Shown one piece after another: positions 50,322 through 60,836 of a stretch of DNA of 64,000 bases. Within the stretch, counting starts at the first letter, position 1. Each line of letters starts with the position of its first letter. The stretch comes from Protoeuglena noctilucae. Its lineage: Eukaryota. Made by a program: the position numbers and the translations under genes. A model generated the notes under the pieces. It made no database searches, was not told the DNA's origin, and saw only the letters and a program-made list of their open reading frames with translations. The stretch spans positions 806,001-870,000 of the forward strand of contig OY253669.1 of the NCBI GenBank assembly GCA_958009085.1. The letters are read 5' to 3'.

Positions 50322-53300
50322 ATGGTGCGCATCGGCATCGTCGGCATCAACGCGAATGCCAGGGGACAAGTGAGTGCGGATGGCGATCCCCCATCGGCAC
50401 TGGGCCCCTCGGGGCTGCGAGAAGACGCGACCGGAGTGGCTCGGCTCGGCTGCCGCGATGCAGGCCTGGCTTTTGAAACCGTCGGCGCTTTATGACTGGA
50501 CGGCATGCTCGCCTGTTGCTTCTTGACACCTTCAATTACCGGGACATGCCGCACCTGCGACTCGTCGCGGTCCGCCTTGCCACTGGGCCGCTACTCGTGA
50601 CCTAGCCTCCCCTGCCGCCCCGCCCGCGCAGGATGAGCACCGCAGGCAAAAGGAGACGTACGAGGCCCAAGAGGCGAGCCTCGTGGAGAGCATCTCCGCC
50701 GCCCTGCGCGACCGCCGCGAGTCCCCGGGCCAGGCCGCATCGCTGCTGGAGGCGTGTCTCAAGGACCCACTCATGGCCTCCGCGGCGTCCCTTCCGAGGC
50801 TCCGGGACGCCCAGTACGCGGCGCTGATCTGCCTCGGCGATATCAGGCGAGCGAACCCTGCGTAAAGACCTTCCAAGGATGCGCCTGGTGGGGTCCCCTG
50901 TTCCCGTGCTCCCCTTTCGCCAGCCCAGCAGACTGGCTGGCAAGTCGCCGTCGCGTTGCCCGCGCAGGCTTGAGGAGGGCGCGGCCGCGGACGCCCTGCG
51001 GTGCTACGCGCGTGCGCTGGATTTGGACGGCAGCAGCCTGTCTCTGTGGCGCAAGAGCACCATGGCGGCCCTCCACAGCGCCAATCTGCCCTTCGCCCGC
51101 GCGGCAGCGGACGGCGCGCTGCGCCTGGGCAGGTCTCATCTCCGCACCCTCGAGTTCGTGGCGGGTGAGGGGCGGGGTATGTAGGAGCGGCACCGCAACT
51201 GTCATCGCCACCAGCCAGGGCGTGTCGGCCTGCTGTCCGCTGACAAGCCGCCCGCGTCTCATCCCGTTACTGCAGAAGTCCTGCTGAGTCTCGGGGACCT
51301 CGCCGGCTGCGCGGCAGTGTGCAGGGACGTGCTGGCCATCGCACCGCACCACGCCCGCGCGTCGTCCCTCCACGCCCGCCTAGCCGGGTGGTTCGCGGTG
51401 CGTCGGATGGCCCCGCGCATTACCTCATGCAGCGCGGCGCTCCCAATCCAGGCCACATGACCCCACACCCCATGCTGTGCTGCAGGCGTCGACCGGCCCG
51501 CCCCCTCCCGTCCCTCGGGCGCGCCTGCCTGGCATGGACGCCTCAGCCGCGCTCAAGGCCGGCCTCTCGGCGCTGATGCCGCCGGCGGGCGAGGAGCTCC
51601 CGCCGGTGGTCGAGGTGGCCCCTGGGGACGACTCGTGGGCGGCGCTGCTGGCGGCTTTGGCGGAAGCCGTTGCGACGGCGCCCCCGGGGGCAGCCGTGCG
51701 CGTCGCCGTGGCCGGCCGCGCGCCGCTCCTCTTCTGCGCGTCGCGGGCCGTACACGCGCGCCTGTGCGAGGAGCACGCGCGGCTCCAGGCGGCGAGGCCA
51801 GCGGAGGCGACGGGCAATGCCGCAGCCGCTGCGGAGGAGCCAGAGCTCCCGACGATCGAGCGGGAGCGTCGGATTCGTATCGAGGAGAACCAGCGTAAGC
51901 TGAGGGAGCTGGGGCTGGCGAGCATGGCGAGGGCGCTGTTTCAGGCGGCGACGGAGGGGCGGTCGCGGCGCGCGAGGGGCGGCAGCGATGTCGAGAGCGG
52001 GAGCGAGGGTGGCGGCGCGGGCGAGGGTGAGGAGGATGGCGTGGGCAGAGACGGGGCGCAGGGCTTGGATGGGCCTTTGGGGCAGGGAGGTGCGGGGCCT
52101 GCGGGTGCGTCACCGGTTGGTAGCGGGCGTGAGGAAGGGGCGGGAGCGGACCGGGACGGTAAGGCGGAGGAGCGCGGGAGGGTGGCTAGCGGGGCTGAGG
52201 TGGGGTCGGCGGATGGGGAGCGGGAGAGACCGGAGCGCCGGGGCTCGGGTTCCGCGGTGGTTGAGGGGTCGGGTGCCCAGCGAGGGGCGGGTGAGGGCGT
52301 GGATGTGGAGATGAGCGACAGGCGGTCCTCCGGGACTGCGAGCGAGTCTGGGGACGGTGATGGCGAGGACTCGGACGTGGTGGTCTTGGGACCGGCTGAG
52401 GGCGGTTGGAAGCGTGGGAAAGGCTCAGTGGAAGCGAGGGGTGTGGAGGAAGAGGGGGCCATTGAGGGTGGGCGCATGGAGGGGGCAGGGGCGGGGGAGG
52501 TGGAGAGCGAGGGGAGGGTCGGTGCCCATGGAGGCGGAGAGGGCAAGAGGGAGAGGGTGGACGAGGACATGGGAGGTGGGGAGGGTGACGGGGAGAGGGG
52601 CAGGGAGGGCGAGGACATGGGAGATGGGGAGGAAGGGGGTGTGGAGAATGATGCGGGCGGGGAGGGGGCAAGGGAAGGTGCGGGAGAGGACGCGGGTGCG
52701 GATGAGGATGCGACGGCCCAGGCTGCCAAGGCCGCCCCAAAGCGGAGGCGACGAAAGCGGGGGCAGGTGGAGGCGGCGGGCGGGGATGGGGCGGCGGTGG
52801 TGCTGCGGCGGTCCGGGCGAATGGCGGGCAAGTGCGACTACCGGGCGCTGCACGACCCCGGGGCTGCGAAGGCCGCTGCGAGGGGCCGGGAGGATCAGGA
52901 GGGTGCGTGGGGAGTGGCGGGGCTCGGCGCACAGGTGGGTGCGGGCGACGCGGAGGCGGGCGGGGCGCGGAGGCGAGGGGAGGAGGAGGAGGGCGTGCCG
53001 GCGGGACGGTTCGTGTCGGCAAGGATGGCAGCCACCCTGCTGGGAGAGGACGTGCTGGAGTGGTTGGTGGTGGGCGGGGAGAAGAAGAACGCGGGGGTGG
53101 CGGGGGGCGGGTCCGGGCGGCGGGCGGCCCAGCGGGGAGAGGGTGGCACAGCGGCCGTGGCTGGGCGGGGCGCGGCGGCAGTGACGGACGCGGAGTGGGC
53201 TGCGCTGGAGGCGCGGCAGGTGGGGGCGCCCGGCGCATTCGGGGCAACGCGCGCGGTGCTGGAGGTGGTGCTGGAGAGGGCCGAGGGGGCCGGGACGGGG

Positions 53301-55583
53301 CTGCATGGCTGCGGGGCTGCGGTGCTGCGGATGGTGGAGGCGACGGGGGCGAGGCCGCGAGGGTGGCGGGCGGCGCTGGCGATGGGCGAGGTGGCGCTGG
53401 ACCAGGCGCTGGCTTCGCGGGAGGCGCAGCGTGGGGCGAAGGGCGGGCGCAAGGGCGGGCGGGGTGGCGTGGACGCGGCAGCGGAGGCTCAGGAGCAGGC
53501 GCTGCTGGCGGAGGCGGGGCGATGGCTGGGGCGCGCGGCGGGGGCGATGGCGGAGCGGGCGGCGGGGGGAGAGGGCTCGGAGGGGCTGCGGGGCACGTGG
53601 CCTCGCGTGCTGTGGGCGCTGGCCATGACGGCCCAGCAACGCGGGCGCTTCGAGGAGGCGGAGTCGCTCCTCGCGATGCTCCAGGCGCTGCCCGGGGACG
53701 ACGCCGCGGCTCCCGGCGCACGCCCCTGCGCTCTGTGCGCGGTGCTGCCGGCCCCCACCGCCACCGCCGTGCGTCAGGCGCAGCAGGATGTCCGCTTCCG
53801 AGGCGCTCTGGGAACCTTCCGGGCCCTGCAGTCCGCCCACCGGCACCGCGACCTGCTCACGGCCCTCCTGCCCCTCCTGCCTCTGTGCTTCCGGCCCCGC
53901 CACCCCACGGCCGAGACCGGGCCCAGCCCCGCTCCGGAGGCGAGAGAGGAGGACGTCGTTCTGCACGCGGGGTCCGTCAGCTACGTCCAGGCGCTAGCCG
54001 CGATGGCGGACGCGGTGGCGGCGCTGCAGGGGCAGACCCAGGGCGACGCTTCCGCCGACGGCGGCAACGGCGGCGCGGCGCTGGGCGGGGCGTGGCTGGC
54101 GCGCGCGGGCGTGGCGGTGCGCCTGACGCTGCTCCACGCGTGCCTCACTCCCCCGCCCGGGTGGCAGAACCCGCTGTCGCATCTGGGCCAGCCTGGCAGG
54201 AAGGGCCTCCTGCCTGACTACGCGCAGCAGCACCGGACGCTGATCGAGGTCTCCGCGACGGCCCTGGCCGAGGCCGCGGCCCGGGACGGCTTCGCGGCCA
54301 CCGCGCCGCAGGGCCCCGGGGCGGCCCACGAGCTGCGGGGGCTGCGGGCGCGGCTGGCGGAGGTGCTGTGCTGGATGGTGCACTGCGCGCGGCTGCAGGA
54401 GGAGAGGGACCGGGAACTGGTGGAGCGGGAGAGGGAGCGGGTGAAGGAGGTGGAGGAGGACGGGGCGGGGCAGGGGCAGGGGCAGGCCGGCGAAGACGAC
54501 GGGCGAGCGGCAGTGCGGGCGGCGGCACGGAGGCGCACGCAGGGGCACGTGGCCGCCCTGGCGGCCGGGGTGGTGGGTGTGGTGGGCATCGAGGCGGCCG
54601 CGCGGGACGGGGACCCCGGGGCAGCCGTGGCAGCGGCAGCGGCAGTGCTGGCGGAGTGTGCGGACGTTGTGGACCCCACCACTGCGGGGGGCCTGCTCCC
54701 CGCCGCGTGCCTGGCGCTGTGCTGCGAGGTGCTCGGGGCAGGCGGCGAGGCGCCGGGGGCTGCGAGGGCAGAGACCCCACAACGCGAGGGCGGGGGATCT
54801 GGCGATGAGGCGGGCGAGGCTGGGGTGCCAGAGGCCGGCCGTGGCCCCTCACGCGCGGCCCCGAGCTCGCACCGCGAGATGGCCGCCACGCTGGCGGCAC
54901 AAGTCGTGGACGCGGTGTTCGGTACGGCCCTGGCGGCGCGGGGCGGTGGTGGTGGGGCAAGCGGGAGTGGTGCTGCCGCGACGGAGGCGGAGGGGCAGGA
55001 GCTGGAGTGGGCGCCGGTGCCGCTGTCGCCGGCCCGCGCCGCGGTGCTGTGGGGGGTCGCCTGGCGCGCCTGGCGCGAGGGGGGTGGGCGCGGCTACCCA
55101 GCCGCCCCGCGCACCGTCGCAACGCTGGGCGACACAGAGTCCGTGCGCCTCGCAGTCGCCGCGCGACGGGGGTTGCCGGGGCTGCTGGCGACGCTGGCGG
55201 AGCGCATCGCCGGGGGCGGCGCCCCTGCCGACGCCGTGGCTGCCGCCGCAAACAGCGAAGCGGTCGCAGGTACCAGGGGAGCCATCGCGAGCCCGGCCGC
55301 TGCCTGGNNNNNNNNNNNNNNNNNNNNNNNNNNNNNNNNNNNNNNNNNNNNNNNNNNNNNNNNNNNNNNNNNNNNNNNNNNNNNNNNNNNNNNNNNNNNN
55401 NNNNNNNNNNNNNNNNNNNNNNNNNNNNNNNNNNNNNNNNNNNNNNNNNNNNNNNNNNNNNNNNNNNNNNNNNNNNNNNNNNNNNNNNNNNNNNNNNNNN
55501 NNNNNNNGGCTGTGGAGGATCTTCTGAGCATTTATAGGGCGGAGGTGGGTGACATGCGCATCGCGCATCGCTGCCGCGGCTGA
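50322..55583 (+). CDS. CABIN1: CABIN1/Hir3-like TPR protein (HIRA complex); interrupted by assembly gap, 3' end uncertain
   Basis: MVRIGIVGINA..|..KETYEAQEA; ALRCYARALDLDGSSLSLWRK..ARAAADGAL..|EVLLSLGDLAGCAAVCRDVLAIAPHHARA matches the CABIN1 N-terminal TPR pattern; long exon from ~51486 to the gap. Confidence 0.72.
55308..55507. other. Assembly gap (200 N)
   Basis: Run of N; the round length suggests a placeholder of unknown true size. Confidence 0.99.
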
Positions 55584-56132
55584 ACGGGGCGTCGACCAGC
55601 TCGGCCCTGGGAGGGGCCGAATGCGACTCGTTCGTGGGCGCTGTCCCGCTGCGAGGGACACGCCCATGCAGTTTGACTCTGATACTATCCGATTTGGACC
55701 CCTGCGCCTGCCCCGACCACTCCCCGGCATCGTTCCGCGCCCTTTTCCGGGCCCCCTCGTTCAATGGGCCCTCCAGGCTTTGGGGCGCGCCTGCGGGCCT
55801 TCCAGGGGTGCAGGGTAGCCGCGCCTCCGGCCCCCGACGCACGGGGGTCCAAGTCTTGCTGCGGGTCGCTCTCCGAGGGCGTCGCTGCGCCGTGGGCCCC
55901 GCGGCGGCCCCGGAAGTGACGAGCGCCCACCGCTGCCACCAGGGGCCGATTATTCGCCCGGCGCGGGGCCCCCGGGGGCGCCATTCGCGCCGCCCGCCCC
56001 GGATCACGACGAACGGCTCTGTTCACGCGCTTTCCGGGCGGCGGCCACCCCCGGACCTCCCGCGGCGGGGCCCAGGGTGCACCCAGCGCACGGGCGCAAC
56101 CAACGCACCTCCGCGCGCCCGCCGCCGCAGGC

Positions 56133-58275
56133 ATGGACGCCGACCGCGGCGCATCCACCGCAGTCGTGGCTCCCGTGACCGATGCTGTGACGCCGCAGCC
56201 TCCGACGCGGGCGGGCGGGAAGCGCCCGTCCTCCCGCTCGTCCGGGAGCGCCAAGGTGGGAGCCCGCCCGGCGCCGCCGAGGGGGCCAGCAGGCAGCGAG
56301 CGCCGCGGCAGTCCTCGATCTCGTGCGCTTGTTCCGTGCCCATGCGCCGCGCGCCGCGGGGCCCGCGCCGCGGCCGGGCGGGCGGGCTGGGACCCGCCCC
56401 AGCGCTGCGCTGCGGGCAGGCCCGGCGCGGGGCCGGCGCCGACTTCCCCTGCGGCTCGCCAGCGACTTTCGTACACTATATTGTTGATGCTGGCATTGGC
56501 CGATCGGCGAGCGGGGCGCTCTTCGCGCTGCGGGTGCCTCGGGCATCTGGCCGCGCAGTGCCCCATGCCTGGCGCTGCATGACGCCCGGCGCCGCGACCC
56601 CGCACGCAGCGCGCCAAGGTGATTTCGGGCAACAGCGACTCTCGTGGCGCGGCCGGGCAGGGTCCGAAGGCGCGCGCGGAGCAGAGGGCGCCAGAGGCGG
56701 GGGTAGCGCACAGCGGCGACCCGGCGGGGAGCGCCGACGCGCGCGTCGCCAGGGGCGGAGACGGGAAGGGCCATGACGCATCGGAGCCCTCGTCTCGCCC
56801 GGAGTCTAGGGTTAGGGTATCTGTCGAGGCGCCCGAGGCGGCGGGGGCGGGGGCGCCCCCTGGGTCTGTGGACGAGGCGTCCGCTCCTCACCGCACTCCG
56901 GGCGTGGAGGACGCGGCTGGAGTCGGTGCCGGCCGGGGCGCTGGGGAGCAGGCGGCGCCTGTGGGAGAGGGGGAGTCAGGGCGCGGCGTGAGGGACGCAG
57001 GGTCAGCTCGGGAGAACGGGGCTGCGGTGGGCGGGACGGGGCGCGCGGGGGACTCGGAGAGTCCCGTGGGGGAGTCTGGGCGGGAGGGGGGATCCTCGGG
57101 CGGGTGGTCCACGGAGCGGCCGGCGGAGGACCGTGTGTCAACCAAGCCCCGGCGCGACCGTGTGAAGAACAAGATATCGAACCGGGAGCTCGCGGCCATG
57201 TACGAGGACCTGCAGCGGATGGGGCGCGTGCCGGCGGAGAGCCGCAGGAAGACGCGGAGGGCGGACGGGGATGCGACGGCAGGGGCGTCCGGGGCGGGGG
57301 AGGCGGCGGCGAGCCTCCCGGAGCGGCCCTCGCAGCAGGGCCGGCGCGGGTCTGCGGCGGAGGCGCCGGCGCCGAAGATGAAGGACGCGCTGCCGGCGGA
57401 CCTGGAGGTGATGCGCAAGTCGATCCTGGCGTCGATGGAGGTCGAGGAGAAGGAGGGCGTGCGGCGGACGAGGCGGGCCGTGAGCACGCCCAGCCGGCTC
57501 ACCTACGGCTCGTCGGGGCAGGCGGAGCGCAAAGCGCAGTTCATGGCGAGGGTGCCCCAGGGCCCCAAGAGGCCCAAGGTGGGCGCCGAGCACCAGGCGC
57601 CGGAGGTGGCGTACACGTGCCCGGTGTCGGAGCGCCCGCCGCTGTCGGACGCCGAGCGGCGGTACGTGTCGCGGGTGGTCTACACGCCGCCCGACCCGGC
57701 GGCCGAGGCACCACCGGCGGCCCCGGCCCCCACGCCCTCGCGCCGCGGTGGGGTGGCGGACCGCCCGCCGATGCAGCTGGACGACCGCATGCGGCCCAAG
57801 CTGGAGAGCCGCGTGGTGGCGGCGACGGACAACGACCGGGCCCTGCACCGCAAGCTCGGCACCAGCCTGGCGGCGCACCTTGGGTTCAAGGGCCTGGGCT
57901 ACCAGGTCTGCCGGTCCTGGGCGGAGGACGAGATCGACAAGTTCCGGGCGGGTTACGACGAGTACTCGGACGATCTCCGCATGCTACGGAGGCACCACCT
58001 GTCAGGGAGGTCCCTGGTGAGGGACGCGAACGGCGTTGCACATGCCACGTGCGCGCGGCGCCGATCGCGCCGCTGCCCGGCGCCGGCACGCCCACCCTCT
58101 GCTTCCCATGGCGCCGCAGTCGGACGTGGTGGAGTTCTACTGGGCGGTGTGGCTCCCCGGGTACCACGCGCACGTGCGCAAGGTTCGCAACCTGCCCCGG
58201 GAGCAGCTGCGCAGCAACGTGGAGGTGGACGACGATTCGGAGATCGAAGAGTCGGAGGAGAAAGAGAAGGAGTGA
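56133..58275 (+). CDS. ELM2-like / SANT-domain chromatin protein with long disordered N-terminus
   Basis: PKVGAEHQA (ELM2-like start); SWAEDEIDKFRAGYDEYSDDLRMLRRHHLSGRSL|SDVVEFYW SANT-like helices. Confidence 0.68.
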
Positions 58276-58453
58276 CGGGGTTGGTCTGCGGGGGTGCAGC
58301 CATGGTCGGCGACCGGGCGTGCGGTGGCGTGGCCTTTCTGGGCAGGCGGAGTGCTGAGGGCGTGCCAGCCGGGCGTCGCTGTCTTTGCGCTGGTGGACGG
58401 TTGTTACGACGAGTGTGGGGTCTTTAGCGATTCACAGCCTGGGACTTGCCCTC

Positions 58454-59462
58454 TTATGACCTTGAAGCGGCTTTATGGGACATGCAAACATGTAATATCC
58501 CAAAGAGCACGGCCAGACCCACGATAACCTTAATAACACCGATAACGACGAGATATAGCGTATACACTAGCTGTGTCACAAAGGAAATCACATTGGTGAC
58601 CACCGCCACAGTGAAGCTGGCGGCAGCCAGGACCGCGTTAACGATGGCTTCGATAAAAAAGATTGCGCCGACGATGAGGAGGCTGGCGATGATACTTCCC
58701 TGCAACACAAGTACGAGCGCTGCCAACACACCACAAATGGTAGGGACGACGGTCGTGGGCTTGGCAGAGGTGGCGGAGGTGCTCATGGGCATTGCCGTCG
58801 TCGACGCAGGCGTGGTGGACGCAGGGGTGCTAGACGTGCTTGCAGGCGTGGCAGTCCTCGACGCAGGGGTGCTGGACGTGCTTGCAGGCTTGGGTGCCGT
58901 TGCCGCAGGCTTTGTCTCCGTCCTCGACGCAGGGTTGCTGGACGAGCTTGCAGGCTTGGGTGCCGTTGCCGCAGGCTTTGTCTCCGTCGTCGGCGCAGGG
59001 GTGCTGGACGTGCTTGCAGGCTTGGGTGCCGTTGCCGCAGGCTTTGTCTCCGTCGTCGACGCAGGGGTGCTGGACGTGCTTGCAGGCTTGGGTGCCGTTG
59101 CCGCAGGCTTTGTCTCCGTCGTCGACGCAGGGGTGCTGGACGTGCTTGCAGGCTTGGGTGCCGTTGCCGCAGGCTTTGTCTCCGTCGTCGACGCAGAGCT
59201 CGCTGACGGTTGCAGAGGCTGAGGGGGGCACAGGGCACACTCTCTCACGTCCATCCCACTGCTGGCATGCACATGCAGCCCCGCCATCTTCTGATGGGGC
59301 GCTGCCCTGCTGCCCCTAGCTCACCTTATCTTCTTTCAGGAGCGCGTTGCTGACCTCTCCAGCCGGGGACGGCCGCCCGACCTCGTTGGAGAGCACTTCG
59401 ACATCGTCGTCGTCCAGAATGAGCCGGTTGTCGTCCCATCCTCTCTTCCAGCTATCGCCCAT
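58454..59462 (-). CDS. Orphan membrane protein: MGDSWKRGWDDNR head, P/A/S/T/K repeat stalk, hydrophobic C-terminus (intron 59324-59219)
   Basis: Exon 1 ends KEDK|GTGAGC; acceptor CCCTCAG gives PLQPSASSASTTETKP...; C-terminal ~75 aa almost entirely hydrophobic (2-3 TM). Confidence 0.7.
58857..59196. repeat. Coding tandem repeat, 66-bp unit, 5 near-identical copies plus partial/degenerate flanks
   Basis: Unit GTCGACGCAGGGGTGCTGGACGTGCTTGCAGGCTTGGGTGCCGTTGCCGCAGGCTTTGTCTCCGTC; on the minus strand it encodes TETKPAATAPKPASTSSTPAST. Confidence 0.95.
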
Positions 59463-59952
59463 CGCTCTCCTTATGCATCTCTCGCTCCGAAGGAGGCTCT
59501 GCAACCGAGCGAGGCGGTCACGGCGATCGCAGCGCCCGTTGGCTGCAAAGAGCACGGTAGCGCGCTGGAGCAGGGTTGCGCTGCAAGGGGGAAGAACGCA
59601 AACGTGCCAGTCATATATGCATGAGAAGCAATGGATCAGTGCGCCCGCGCTGCCGAATGACGCGCCGGCGTCATCGGCGCGCTCACCGATGTGTGCATAG
59701 TGGTGTGAGCGATTCTCTGCCTCCAAGGTGCGCCCTTGATGCCTATCTTGCAGCCAGCGCAAGATCGAGTTGAATATGAAAGAACGCCGTCTCGCTTTTG
59801 CGTTGTCGTCGTCCCAGCATCTGGCACATCGTGTGGCATGTGCTGTCAGGGTCACCCCCATCAATCCCTCCAATGAGATTCCACAGCTAGTCTGAGTCAA
59901 AGCATGTGGCCGTCATAGCCAGCGCAGGAGCGCAGGAGATGACGCATGCCAC

Positions 59953-60397
59953 CTACTCATCCGCTTTCCGCTTCCTCCCCCGCTGATCTTTCCTCTTCGG
60001 CCGCTCTGCGTCCTCGTCCCCGGATATCACCTCTTCCGCATAGTTGAAATCGTTGTCCTCCTGTGTCGGGGACGCAGGGGATCCTATGTTGTTGTGCCCT
60101 CGGCCCAGCCGACATCCACTGCCCAGCTTGGCGACCCATCTCGCACCTGGATTTTGTTCTCCGCCATGTACTGCAGCAGCCACGCCATAGTCTCCCTCTT
60201 GCATCGCCCCAGGTTGCTCGAGATGGGCCCTGCGCGCCGAACGGCGAGCCATGGGGCTTGCTGGAGCGCCAGGAGGGTGACTGGAAGTCCTCAGCTGCTG
60301 ATTATGCAACAAAGTCACCATCGGGCTCCAATTCCACCCGGTAGACCTCCTTCCCGTGGAACGTGAAGGCCGCGGTGATGGTGCCCGGAGGCCCCAT
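59953..60397 (-). CDS. 89-aa protein, GON7-like layout (exons 60397-60319, 60229-60147, 60060-59953)
   Basis: Two GT-AG introns (89 and 86 nt) give MGPPGTITAAFTFHGKEVYRVELEPDGPISSNLGRCKRETMAWLLQYMAENKIQEDNDFNYAEEVISGDEDAERPKRKDQRGRKRKADE*. Confidence 0.65.
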
Positions 60398-60836
60398 CCC
60401 TGGAGAGCCGCCGAGCCCCCAGCTGCCACGCGTCGGGCAGTATGCAGTGCTGTGCGTCTTCTCTTCTTATCAGCGCTAGCAGCGGAGCTCTGTTCGCGTC
60501 GCAAATGCAGCTGCCCCGGCCAGCTCTGTTAAATGGGAGCGATAGGTCCTCTATGCCATGCACCCGCGACACAGCATTCGCGTATGGGCATCGTGTCCTC
60601 CTCGGGCGCCTCCTTGGGCACGCTGAGACGCTGAGCACGGGCTTGACTGGCAGCAGCTGGCGACAGCCAAGCTGTGCAGCCCGTCCTTTACCCAAAATGA
60701 GGCGGGCAATGGGAAGTGAGATGCGGTAGGGTGTCCTGGAGAGACGAGCGGGCTGCGCATCGGCCCACTGTGAGGCCTGCGAGGGGACTGCCACGCCCGC
60801 GCCCGGGCACGCTTTTCATTGTGCAGGGGACTCGTC

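Noticed and set aside
51940..53600. Strongly G/purine-skewed tract suggesting G-quadruplex or repeat element
   Set aside because: Explained by Gly/Glu/Ala codons in a disordered coding region; no discrete repeat unit.
55508..55583. Apparent in-frame C-terminus of CABIN1 after the gap
   Set aside because: Frame across a placeholder gap is meaningless; the true gap size and gene end are unknown.
58857..59196. CRISPR-like appearance of the repeat
   Set aside because: Head-to-tail copies with no unique spacers, no cas genes, eukaryotic coding context.
58830..59240. Cys-rich repeat ORF (CVDDGDKACGNGTQACKHVQHP)n and the plus-strand hydrophobic repeat ORF 58446-59222
   Set aside because: Alternative frames of the 66-bp repeat. 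The phase-0 splice from exon 1 selects the TETKPAATAP frame, which continues into the TM tail.
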